Assembly: GCA_044892525.1 (NCBI GenBank)
Contig: CM097885.1
Span: 53,012,001 to 53,076,000, forward strand
Direction of reading: 5' to 3'
DNA: 64,000 nt
Origin: Schmidtea polychroa
Taxonomy: Eukaryota
Part shown: one piece after another, positions 12,744 to 24,493 of the stretch
How positions within the stretch are numbered: position 1 is the stretch's first letter
Layout: the number at the start of each line of letters is the position of its first letter
Notes under the pieces: generated by a model
Database searches by the model: none
The model's input: the letters and a program-made list of their open reading frames with translations, nothing else
Told to the model about the DNA's origin: nothing
Program-made: the position numbers and the translations under genes

Positions 12744-13964
12744 CAGGGGTGGGGAACCTTTTATTTCCATAGGCCACATTGAAATTTGTCGCCTTCAAAT
12801 GAGGCCGCAGTCAAAAAGTATTTCGTTTATATTTCGTTCTTTGTACTCGCGGGATGCTTGTACAGTACGGTATATATACAATTCAGTAGTTACAGGCATT
12901 TTTATTTGTAAATCCTCAAATTTTGATGCTATTTCTACAAAAGCTGTTAGATAATATCTTTGTGTTATCAAACTATTTGCAACGAAAGCACATTGATATT
13001 GTGTTTGCAAAACAAATGATTTATGTTGTCAGAAACAAGTTTGCTGATATGAGAAGTGATAAAGCTTTTGAAAGTCTAAATGTTGCTGTAAAATCATTTA
13101 TTATCAAAAATTGTTCCTTACTAGATGTTGAAACAGAATTTAAAGAAAAGCGAGTTGCAAAAAGGAAACGCATGGCAGGTGAACTTAACAGAGATGAAAG
13201 GATTGATAATCCAACTACACGCTTCAAATGTGAAACGTATTTCACTGTCTTGGATACACTTGTAAGACAACTAGATGAACGTTTTAATGATTTTCATAAC
13301 ACTGTTGCTTTATTCTCCTGTCTTGATCCATCACAAATATCATTAGAAAATAAAGAATCTTTTCAAAATTTATGCGACATTTACTATCTTGTGAACTAAA
13401 ACTTAAAGAGGTGCTGTCTTTCTTGGTTGAAAAACAGATGGCACCAGGACTTCCCAATTTGGCAATTCTCTATAAAATATACTTGACTCTTCCTGTTACA
13501 TCTGCTACTGCTGAAAGAAGTTTCAGTAGACAGAAAATCATCAAAAATTATTTGCGATCAACAATGACAAACGAACGTCTGTCTGGATTAGCATTAATTT
13601 CAATAGAACGCGAACTGGCTGAGAACATTGACCTTGAATCGACAATAAATCGTTTTGCTTCAATGAAATCACGCAGGAAGAAATTTAAATAATAAAACAA
13701 CTTGTATGTTTGTTACATCAATAAATTTACTAGAATAAATTTACTGAATATAATACTTTTTAATAATATTAGTATTCACTCAATACTCGCGAAAATAAGT
13801 AGTACCATCTTCATAATTTGTGGCGCCCCTGATAATTTTCACCGCCCCCCCCCCCCCCACGCACCAAAATCTAAATCCGCCACTGCCTCAAAATTCATGG
13901 TTTTTTTATATAAATTAAGATTTATTTTGATAAGGCTCTGGAGGCCGCATGTTCCCCACCCCTG
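12744..13964. mobile_element. Non-autonomous hAT/Buster-type element carrying a nested hAT fragment
   Basis: Perfect 14-bp TIRs CAGGGGTGGGGAAC. 8-bp TSD GTCTATTA / GTCTAATA (1 mismatch). Confidence 0.88.
12922..13885 (+). pseudogene. 3' fragment of a hAT transposon (C-terminal transposase, right TIR only)
   Basis: ORFs 12923-13399 and 13372-13692 with LPVTSATAERSFS...KNYLRSTM; ends TAAATCCGCCACTG; flanked by CCTCAAAT / CCTCAAAA. Confidence 0.85.
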
Positions 13965-16209
13965 GTCTAATACTTGGTTTGACTTTTTCCCATCAAGATT
14001 TTTTAATAGACATGTGAACTAAAATGAATTAATTGTATAGTATTTAGGTGAATCCAAGACCAATTTTAATTTTAATAAACTTTACTAAATATTTTAATTA
14101 TTTAAATTAAAATTACAAATGTATCATTGATGAAATAAACAAAAATTACGTTAAAATATTATCATTATCTGTCTACCTTATTTATTCAACTGATCAAAAA
14201 TAATTAAAAAATGTATTCAAAAACCTGGAATCGCAAGAATTTCTGGAACATACTAACACCTCAACATTCAATGTGTGATTCTGTTGGGTTTTATTAATTC
14301 AAGTCGGTAACATCTGACTCCACGTGTCCTTTTAATTGAAAATCACCACTAACAAACTTCCCAACGTATATTTGAATCACAAAAATATATTTCTCTCGAC
14401 ACAAAATAATCAATAACCAAAATAATTTGAGTTTGACCGATTCTCCGCTCAGTGTTGACGCCTCGACAAAAGATAATATTCACCTTTTTATTCCCTAGCT
14501 TCTTTTGACCAACTTCTTCCTTTTCTATTCGATTTAATTCTTTTCCACTTTTTACGTATCTCCTGGTTCTATATTTTCTTTTTCCCCAAACTTCCTAATT
14601 TGTCTTTTGCCTTTGCTTACACTCGCTTTCTTCGAATTCCTAGCTTAGGCAAAAATGCCGATTATTTCTAATTTCGACTTTGCTTTTATACTAAAATAAT
14701 CACTTTGATTAATTGATTTTTGGCCGGATTGCTTCTATCTGACAATGGTTTGACAATCGGTTCCTCGAACGTTGTTTGAGCCATATCATGATTAATTGGC
14801 TTCCTTTGTTAATCCTTAGTAATAGCCCTGGGGGGGCTTTGTCTCCAACTTTGTTTGTCTCCATTAATCATGCTGGCATGATAATGGTCTTCCGAGATTC
14901 TCATTTTGTTTACTTCTATGTTAATCGAGCTCGGGTTTCCTTCATCTCTCGGGTTCTTCATTGGCTCGGGTTTCCTATTAGCCAATTAATTAATTAATTA
15001 ACGATTTTCTGTTTTAACACATTCGAATGCTTTTCGACCCTTTCTAACCATTTTCTGATAAATCCCGAATCACCATCTGGTTGACCATTCCTCCACTTCC
15101 GTAGATCGAACTCAATTGATTTTTTTAGACTCTGACGGCACAACTTCATCTTGGTTCTGCATTTTCGAATCACGTACAAACACCAATCCTAAATCAAAAC
15201 AGGATCTCCTGTTAGATGCAATACCTGAGAAGTTAATGTCAGATTTAGGCCCAGAGACAGCTGATGCCCCAGACTCGGTAAACCCACACTAGTCAATCAA
15301 AAAAAAACATTCAAAAAAGATTCACCCACACGCACTTCAGCAATCGAAAATTTATCGAAAACCACTCCATACGCCGGCCAAGTGCCATCATAATTTTTAT
15401 CCCAACTAGTACGGGAATTCCAAAATACTCACCCTGGTCTATCAAAGAGCATTGGTCTCCTATATCACTATTTTTAACAGCACTTTCACATCATGTCCAA
15501 ACCTCACTTCTCACTTGTCACAAAACCACCTATCCGAAATACACCAATATCCATTGCATCCGTTTCTGATCCTTCACTACAGGAACAAATACCCTCGTTA
15601 ACAAAAGCTGTACACGCGATACATAACTCCTCCCCACGAAATTCTTACACCCAAAGAACCACCAAATCGAATTCTTTTCTTCCTCTGCCTTTTCATCTGA
15701 CGCTAGAACATGTCACATCGGATCAGTGGCGTAATAACGGCTTGGCATTGAGGCAGTTGCCAAGGATTCCGGCCCGCGTCAGTTCAAAAGGGCACCACTA
15801 AATCTCTAATTTTTAAATTTTTATTTAAATAGATATTTCACTTTTATCCTCGATAACAAAAAAGCTAATAATTACTTATATTTAAATATATTTCATTTAA
15901 ACCATTATAATATTTTTTATTATGTTTGTTGCTTTTGTGGGACTTCTTATCATACAAATATCAATGTGATTTTATTAGAAACACTGCAGTCTACCGGAAC
16001 CGGAAGGGAAAAAAAACAACAAAACTACACAGTCTGCAATTGTTGTAAAAATGTAGTTTTTTGCAAGTGATTTAAGAATTAATTAAATGTTATTAATACT
16101 TGATCGATTTTAGATTTTTAGTAACTGAAATCAATTAATCAATTCTTTATAAGAATAAATAAGTATTTAATTAAATTCATTATCCAGAAAATAGATATAT
16201 TCCTTATGG

Positions 16210-18732
16210 CAGTGGTTCCCAACCTATTTTGGCCTAGGGCCACTTTGTTTAGGTGGAGGACACGAAGGGCCAAAATTTTTAAAACAACAAAAAACGGAGA
16301 AGAAGAAACCTTATTGTGAGTTAATACCCTAGTAACTAGGGCCTAGATGAAAAAAACCAAGATACTTTTTTTATATGACATAATTTACAATAATATTTTA
16401 CAATTGGCAAATTCCTGATTAGTAACTTTAGTTTAGTAAATTAATTTACAGAGATAAATATTGGTTTTTAACTTTTATAAAGAAATTGTGGATTAAATAG
16501 AACACCAATAAAGTCCAGAGATAGTGATTTTCGAAATAAATCATTATCATAGTTAAAATATATTTATAATTTCAATAAAAATATTCACAGGCATTTGGAT
16601 TTAATGTGAATTTTGTGGCTGAATACTAGAAGCCAGTTTTTCAATGTCAGGTTGAAGTTTAGTTGTTGCCAGAATCATAAGTCCATTCAAGTTCGAATCA
16701 GTAAGGCGTGAACAATTCTTGCTTTTAATCAATTTCATTGCAGAAAATGACTGCTCGCATCTGTATGTGCTACCAAAACGACAAACATAACGTTGTGCAA
16801 AAGATCGCATATGTTCAAAGTCACTCTCTGGGAGCAGGTTCCAAAATGATATCATATAATCTGCAGTTGGAATAACCGGAAGCTCGGCGAATCGACTTTT
16901 CAAAACTGAGTTACACTTCAGATCTATAATTTCAAGTTGCAAATTCTCATCTAGGCAGTTGATCCTTTTGTCTGGAAAGTTGAAAGGATTGGTAAAAAGA
17001 GCCACATTGTCAGACTGATCTGCAAATTCACTGAATCGTGACTGAAAAGCTGTCAAAAGATCGACAACCATACACCTATATTTGTCTTCATCAAAGTCAT
17101 TACCTGTCATCCTTTCTTTCATGTGTTGAAAATTGTCCAATTTATTTTTGGATAACTGATTGGCAAATAATTGTAATTTCATTTTGAAAGAAGCAATACA
17201 GTTACACAGATTTGCAAACAGATTGTTACTTGCTTGCAACTTCAAATTTAGATTGTTGAGATGCCCTGTAATGTCCATCAAGAATGCTAAATCATTCAGC
17301 CATTCATTATTTGAAAGATATTCACGTTCTATAGGCAACTCATTAATTTCCGCCAAAAATTCCAAAATACTTCCTTTTAAATCCCAGAATCGCGACAGAA
17401 CTTTACCTTTTGACAACCATCTGACCTCACATTGCAGAAGAAGTTCACCATATTCAGCATCTAATTCTGAAATAAACTGTCTAAATTCTCGCCTATGCAA
17501 TGGTTTTGCACGGATTTTGTTCACACACTTCACTACTACATCCATAACGTGCTTCATATTCATGGATTTCCCACAAAGCGACTCCTGGTGAATAATGCAG
17601 TGATATTTTAAAAGTGGACGAGCAAGAAATTTTTCGAGCAAAGACAAACATCCTACATGTCTGCCTGTTAGAGCTGGTGCACCATCTGTGCAAATGCTAT
17701 CCAACCTTTTCCAATCCAATTTATTTTTTTCTGCGCATGATTTTAAAACCTCAAACAAATCTGTGCCTTTGGTTGTCCCTTGTACCTCGAAAGTATTACT
17801 CACCGCGCGAATAAAAATTGTTACCTATGCGGTATCGCTAATGTCAGTTGACTCGTCCATTGCAAGTGAGAAAAACTTGCAGTTTGATGCGTGAAATGCA
17901 ATTTGCTCACTAACGTTATTAGCAAGTTCCTCAACCCGTCTTGTCATTGTATTGTTCGATAGTGGAATATCTTTAAACTTGGCTTCAATGTTTTTTTCTC
18001 CTAGCATTCTGGCGGCTATTTCAAGAACTGGCTTCACAATCTCTTCTCCATCAGTAAAGGGTTTCTTCTTCTTTGCCAAAAGAAGTGCCACTTCATACGA
18101 TGCAATTACCATACTTTTGTTCTGCTGTAGTATAGTAGTAAATAAGGATTGTTGGACATTCATTCCTTTCTCCTTCTTGGCAATAAATTCCCTTCGTAAA
18201 TCAGAGGCCATTGGATATTTATCGACCAAATCTGCATGGCTACTGTTGAAATGTCTTTCCATATTATATTTCTTTACAACTGAAACGCTAAATCCACAAA
18301 CCAAGCAGACCGGCTTTCCGTTACGACCAAGAGCAAACATATACCTCTCTTTCCACTCGTCATTAAATTCACGACATGCTAAGTTTTTATTTTGTTCAAA
18401 CTTTCTTTTATCCATGATTTTAAATTCCGAGCTCGTTTTTTAACCAAATTAGATAATTAAAAGAATTTATAAAAAAAATCAGAAGATTGAAATAAAATCA
18501 GTTTATTGATGAAAACCAAGCAAAATTAATCGATACACAGTTCTTTTATTATTAAATTGGCATCTGGTTTTATCATGGTTTTATCATGGTTTTAAACGAA
18601 GTTCAAGACAAACTTTTCCCAAAGAAGGTGTGAATGTGAATTTTTTCTTAGTTTTCTTTGTTGAGGAGAGGGCCACATTTTTATGCCCGGCGGGCCACTT
18701 CTGGCCCGCGGGCCACGGGTTGGGAACCATTG
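16210..18732 (-). mobile_element. hAT Buster/Charlie/SPIN-type transposon
   Basis: TIRs CAGTGGTTCCCAACC / CAATGGTTCCCAACC, GGCCCGCGGGCC subterminal motifs, flanks fit the nnnTAnnn target but do not match each other. Confidence 0.9.
16601..18415 (-). pseudogene. Buster-type (GTF2IRD2-like) transposase, 604 codons, single in-frame stop at 17825-17827
   Basis: ORFs 17825-18415 and 16601-17803 share a frame. Motifs CLVC...HFNSSH, DESTDISDTA, TDGAPAL, HCIIHQE, EVRWLSKG, FGSTYRCEQSFS. Confidence 0.92.
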
Positions 18733-20294
18733 ATCTAAACCTACAAATTCTAAATCACGAGAATTCGTGGCAACACATAAACAATTTTACAAAATAGAAA
18801 TTATTAGAAAAGGGGCTTGAAACGGGTGCACTAATTGACAACGTTGCACAAGCAGCACTGAAAAACGAAAATTTGAAATGGTGCCATACATTAACTATAA
18901 TATTAAAATGTATATTGTTTTGTGCTGAAAACAACTTGGCTTTTCGCGGACACAAACAAGATGGTGGTATATTTTTGAATCTGAAAAATTTTTTGAGTCA
19001 GTTTGATGTTTGTTTAAAAATTCCCTTGAATCGCATATTAAAAATCACATTAGCTTATTGTCGCCAACAACCCTGAATGAATTTACTAATTTGTTATCAG
19101 CGAAAAAAAAGTGAAATAATAAAAGAAATTCAAGAAGCTAAATATCATAGTATAATATTTGATAGCACTCCGGATGTATCGCACAAATATCAATTAACTG
19201 AAATTATTCGGTATGTGAAATTGTCAGATAAAAAATATATGATTGAAGAGAGGTTCGTTGGTTTCATAAATACAACAGAAAAAACAGGAGAAGAAATTAA
19301 ATTAAAGCAGCATTAATTCAAAATGGTTTATAACTTGAAGATGTACGTGGCCAAGCTACGATAATGGGGTCAACATGGCAAGGAAGTACAAGGGAGTCCA
19401 AACCATACTTCAAAAAGAGAATCAACTTGCTCGATATATTCCGTGTTGTGCACATAGTCTTAATTTTGTAGGTGTGCACGCGGCCAGCATTGATGCAGAT
19501 GTTGTGACATTTTTCGGAACTATCTAGTTGGTCTATTATCAGTCAAATATTCTGAAATAAATAAAGAACAATTTATAATTGAAATAAAATGCTTTAAACA
19601 CCAAATGATTGAACTATTGCAAAACAAAAATCCAATGACATGCTTCATTTAGATCTTTTAATTGTCATCGCTACATGGGAATTGCAAGAAAAGTACCCGA
19701 ATATCGAACGAGATCTGAAAACATTTCTTACAATACCAACCATTAGCAGCCAGAGCTGAAAGGAGTTTCAGAAAACTAAAAATTATTAAAAACTACTTAA
19801 AATTGACGTCAGGCGAACAATGTACATCATCTCTAGATCTTCTTTCCATCGACGTGGACTTACCAGTCAAATAAACTTCAATGAAATAATCACTAATTTT
19901 GCAAACAATAAAATATAGAACCAGACCCGCTGACAACAATTCCGGGCCCCTAGACAGAGCATTTCAGGGAACCCTAAACAATCTCATCTGTAGGCTTTAT
20001 CAGTGATGCATTTATCAAAAAGGAACTGGAGGTCGGAACAGGACTAGAGGGGGGGGGTGAAACATGATGTTGCGAGAAATTCAATGTAATAAACGGCACC
20101 CCGACAAAATAGCCCCGTCAAAATAGCCTGCCCACAAAACAGCCCGAGTTAAAATAGCCAACAAAGAATTAGTTACCTAATACTATATATTATTTCTTTA
20201 AAAGTTAAATGTGTCTCTTAGGTGAATAAAACACTCAAATAGAAGAAAAAATGTAAGTAAAATAAATAAATACTATACTATATGTAGTTTACTA

Positions 20295-20622
20295 AGTAGA
20301 TGGATGTGTCACCGCCAGATCACCTACCCCCCCCACCCCCCCGGTAGGAAAAATTTTTTTAAGATTTTTTTTTTCAAGGTCAAATTTTTAACAAAGACAA
20401 TGACTCATCAAGGTCATTGAAACAAAGAATTTTTTTTTTGTTTTAATTATCGATTATTATTAAGTGATCTAGCGGTGACATACCTTTTGACTTCCCAGAA
20501 CTTTTTCAATTTTCAAAATTATTTAAATATTTATACATCATTTTGAAGGCCAGACGAAAATCTATCTTTTAAGCCATAGAAATAATTTTTATCATCATTG
20601 GTACAAAAGTTATTAATTTTTT
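20295..20622 (+). repeat. Left TIR of Maverick A
   Basis: Inverted match to ~32023-32371. Confidence 0.92.
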
Positions 20623-20957
20623 GGATGGATTATTATGTTGTGTTTTCTTATGTGTAGGTCGCGCTTTATTATTTTGTGTTTGCTTATGTGTAGGTCGCGC
20701 TTTATCTACTGTTCGTGTTGGTTTGCTTTTTAATATACTAAAAAGCTGTTTTTTACTCATCCTAAATTGATTTAAATGCCTTTTATGTATATCTTAAAAA
20801 ATGATTTATATTTTATATCCTGACAAGTCTCGCATATGGGGCATAAATAGTAGTTTACGCCATAGAATTTATGGCCATAGTATTTTTTCATATCCTTATG
20901 ACATTTATTTGAATGTCCAAGTGAGGACATACAGAGATACATTAGATATGGGGGCAA

Positions 20958-20960
<3 letters not shown>
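20623..20960 (-). pseudogene. Remnant of the pPolB N-terminus of Maverick A
   Basis: YLCMSSLGHSNKCHKDMKKYYGHKFYGVNYYLCPICETCQDIKYKSF aligns with Mav-B pPolB YCVSSIGHSLICHKNMKKYYRQPFNGINFFICPICKTSQSVRYKEF. It then runs into the TIR. Confidence 0.85.
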
Positions 20961-21006
<46 letters not shown>

Positions 21007-21057
21007 AAAAGAAATGTAGTCGCATGCTCACTGCAACATACATTAGACATGGGGCAA

Positions 21058-21109
<52 letters not shown>

Positions 21110-21327
21110 TCTAAACTTAAATAAAAATAACATTCTCTAGATTAGTTAGAATCATTAATTTCATATAATTTTCATCATGTTTCATATAATTTTCATCATG
21201 TTTCATATAAAATTTATGTTTAAAATAAAATTTATATTTAAAATAATTTAAATATTCTACAGAATGTTATTTTTAATTTAAGAAATTATTAAAATAAATA
21301 TTTATAAAATAAATAAAATAAAAAATA

Positions 21328-21994
21328 CTAACATTTAGATTCAGAATCTGAATCTGTATCATCCTCAGAGAGGACATCTCCGGTTAAAGTGGGGGCATCA
21401 AAAACCTCATGAATAGAAGCATCCCGAATATGGATATTAAATAATTTTGTCTCTGGAGCAATTTCCTTGACATCCACATTAATGGGAGCATATAGATCAT
21501 CCATAATAGGATCATATATGTCCTCCAAAATAATTGAACTTTCTAAATCAATTTTTAAAAATTACATATAATAATAATAAAAATTTACGTGTATCTTCAA
21601 TGATTGCACCTATTAAATTTTCTGTTTCTCCAACAAAATTGGGGGAATTTTCTCTTTGACTATTTCCTAAAACAGTTTTTTAAATTAAATAATAATAATA
21701 ATAATTTACCAGATAAGTCGTGATCATTAATAATTGGTGATTCCTCTTCATCGCTAATAATTATTATTTCGTCTTCTTCATCACTCAACATTATAACATC
21801 TAAATAATAATAATATTAATAAATAAATAAAAAAATAAAATTACCATAGGTGCAATTCAAATTAAATCCATTCTCGTTTTCGGTCACCTGGTACCATAAA
21901 TCATCTACAAATAAATATATAAAAAATAAATAAAAATAAATAATATACCATTATCGCAAGCCATCATGCTTCTTAAAATATTATTTTTGTCCAT
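21328..21994 (-). CDS. Spliced acidic protein with tandem SIM-like motifs, 162 aa, 5 exons
   Basis: Exons 21949-21994, 21845-21904, 21710-21799, 21589-21666, 21328-21542 join through four phase-1 GT-AG introns into an open 489-nt frame. Homolog at 46815-47231. Confidence 0.8.
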
Positions 21995-22496
21995 TTTGAA
22001 AATTGTTGAAAATTGTTGAAAATTTTTGAAAATTTTAAAATAATTGTGACAAATTTTAGATTCGTCAATGTTTATAAAGAGAATGAATATTTTCCTGTCC
22101 CAGCCAATCAGAATATAGACACACACGCATATACACTAAATATTTTACTCTCTCAACCAATCACACGCATACATGTAAATCACTCTGAAATTACATGTGA
22201 CTGCCTTTGTTAGTCATGCCTTTGTTAACTTGCACTGTGCATGCTTCAGGCATAGGTAGTCTTTATCTCGAATTAATAATATTTATTTGAATAATAATAA
22301 AATTAATTAAAAATAATAATATTTTTCACAATAATAATAATATTAATAATAATAATAATAATATTAATAATAATAATATTAATAATAATATTAATAATAA
22401 TAATATTAATAATAATAATAATATTAATAATAACAATCATAACAACAAAGGAAAGGATACATTTATTAAACATCAAATTTTATTAAACATTTTTCT

Positions 22497-22880
22497 TTAA
22501 ACATCAAATTTTTTGTACAATAACCAAGCTAAACAATGTTGACCACATGTTTGGGTCAATGGATTTTGAAACATAGTTTTATTACACACAATAGGTTTTC
22601 CATTGTTTGTAGTTTTGATATCAACAAAGCCGGGTAATAAAAACCCATAGGATCGAACACGAATATATTACCAGGTTTCACATATATAGCTATCCAATGT
22701 TCTCCACCAAGATGAGACGATTGAGTATTGACGATTATTGCTTGATTATTGCTCAAATATGGAATTTTATCAAGAGGAAAAACTCCAACAAATTCATTTC
22801 CCAATATCTGTTTTCCGATTTTATTGACCTGAACAGAACTACTTAAATAAATCCAGAGTATAAAAAACAACTTACTCCAT
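22497..22880 (-). pseudogene. Adenain-like maturation cysteine protease (Mav-A), frameshifted near 22600
   Basis: 5-nt first exon (22876-22880) and 37-nt intron. Motifs GVFPLD, IVNT, GEHWIA, FDPMG, and TCGQHC in the shifted frame. Confidence 0.88.
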
Positions 22881-22907
22881 GACAACTTTTTATGTTTCAA
22901 TATACAT

Positions 22908-24128
22908 TTATACCAACACAGTTCTATTTGCAGTAATTTGAACTTCATTTTCAAATACTCCATATATTATAACATGTACTGGTTCAGTAATAGCTTTTGC
23001 AAACTTTATATCCAGTCGTAAATTTCCATTTTGAGGTAATTGACTTTGATTTAAATCAAAATCAGGGGCTAAAACAAATGTAAAAAATGGGTATTTGCTT
23101 TTAAAATCTCCTAGAGTTATTCCACAATTCAAATTTTTATCTAAATAACCCAGATTTCTAACAATACTCTGCATATATGTCGCACAGTAATTATCATTCT
23201 CGAAATCTTGAATATATGTTTCTCTATAATCAGTATTTTTCGACAAAGTCAATGATGTAAAACCAAAGGTTTTGAAAATTGAGCTGGACGCAGTATATGA
23301 TCCATTATATTGTGCTTCACTTTGAAATGTTATCAGAATAAAATTAGGCATTCTTCTGTCACCAAATATTTGTTCTTTATAGAATGATGAAGCACCTTTA
23401 GCAATAGCAAATTGTACAATTTCCTTTGTTTTTAATGGATAAATTGCATGTTTTGAATTAAGACCCAATTGATGACCTGCTAATACTGAGGGGTCTACTC
23501 GAACTCTTCTCACCAATAATTTTGCATCAACTAATTGACATATTGGTGTAGTAGTTGCACTAGTAAGAGATAATGCAGAATCAGACCTTTTCAGTCTAAT
23601 ATGTACATTAACTCCCGGTAGTAAATATTTCGGTTGATCCATAAAATCAAGTTGTAATGATGAGCACATGGTGAAAACCTTTGAGCCTTTTACCCACTTT
23701 TTACTTTCATCATCACTGCCATAACCCATAGGAGTAAGACATGTATTTTTAGTATCGGAATTGTAATTTAAAATAGTTTCTATTAATGCCTTGTGAATGA
23801 ATGTATTATTTCCGCCCTCAATCTTGATATTATTAAATCCCAACACTGCATCTTTAAAAAGAGTATGAAACAGGAAATTGTTCGGTATTACATCTGCATT
23901 GGCATCCAAAACTTTTCTATCTTTATCTACAACCTTAATCTGAACAGTCAATAAAGTATCGTTCAAATCTAAATATTCGGTTTGCGAACCATTAATATAA
24001 AACTCGATATCATTTCTACTATCGGTAATTGAATTCATAGGAAAAACTTCCTCAAATGCCCCAAATTCTATTACAGCCTGGGGCGACGGTCTATCAAATA
24101 TACATAATTCAGATTTACCACAAATCAT
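22908..24128 (-). CDS. Major capsid protein (double jelly-roll, PY), 406 aa
   Basis: Maverick MCP-type N-terminus CGKSELCIFDRPSPQ...IEFYING...YLDLNDTLL, QPKYLLPGV, C-terminal GNLRLDIKFAKA; position in the core cluster. Confidence 0.88.
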   Translation of the reverse strand: MICGKSELCIFDRPSPQAVIEFGAFEEVFPMNSITDSRNDIEFYINGSQTEYLDLNDTLLTVQIKVVDKDRKVLDANADVIPNNFLFHTLFKDAVLGFNNIKIEGGNNTFIHKALIETILNYNSDTKNTCLTPMGYGSDDESKKWVKGSKVFTMCSSLQLDFMDQPKYLLPGVNVHIRLKRSDSALSLTSATTTPICQLVDAKLLVRRVRVDPSVLAGHQLGLNSKHAIYPLKTKEIVQFAIAKGASSFYKEQIFGDRRMPNFILITFQSEAQYNGSYTASSSIFKTFGFTSLTLSKNTDYRETYIQDFENDNYCATYMQSIVRNLGYLDKNLNCGITLGDFKSKYPFFTFVLAPDFDLNQSQLPQNGNLRLDIKFAKAITEPVHVIIYGVFENEVQITANRTVLV

Positions 24129-24493
24129 TTTGCAAATATAGTTCCATGTCCTTTCATTCGTTTGTTTATACGTGATATTCCATGTCTTTTACGTTTTGGA
24201 GCATGAGCTGGAGCTGGAGGTTTTTCTTTTTGAAACATACCTGCAACCCCTGATAAAACTTTCCCTAATTCTGCTAAAGCATTTGTTTTTAGAGATGGTA
24301 ATATTTTCTGTTCATTCATAATAACATCTTTTGCAGTTTTCATACCAAAACTACCAATACGTTTAAGAATAGGCAGGGCAAATCTACCAATTGTTCTCAA
24401 CCATCCTGATCCGTACTGTTTACCAATAAAATATGGTAATTCACCGCCAGATTGGCTACCACTATACATACTAATAATATCAGAATTAGCCAT
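24125..24493 (-). CDS. PW-like small virion protein (QxGG/QxGxG motif + amphipathic helix), 122 aa
   Basis: QSGGELPYFIGKQYGSGWLRTIGRFALPILKRIG, basic C-terminus, lies between MCP and mCP. Confidence 0.75.
   Translation of the reverse strand: MANSDIISMYSGSQSGGELPYFIGKQYGSGWLRTIGRFALPILKRIGSFGMKTAKDVIMNEQKILPSLKTNALAELGKVLSGVAGMFQKEKPPAPAHAPKRKRHGISRINKRMKGHGTIFAK

Larger units (their letters stand above)
15724..19921 (+). mobile_element. Decayed hAT (ZMYM1-like) element, interrupted by a Buster element; right end not found
   Basis: Left end CAGTGGCGTA at 15724. Broken transposase 18733-19915 with NLAFRGH, IIFDSTPDVSH, PCCAHSLN and an AERSFRKLKIIKNYL-like motif. Confidence 0.7.

Noticed and set aside
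14282..15720. Possible solo LTR or retroelement remnant (TATA, AATAAA, TG...CA-like end); similar impression at ~33835-34545
   Set aside because: No paired LTR, TSD, PBS or coding motif could be confirmed.
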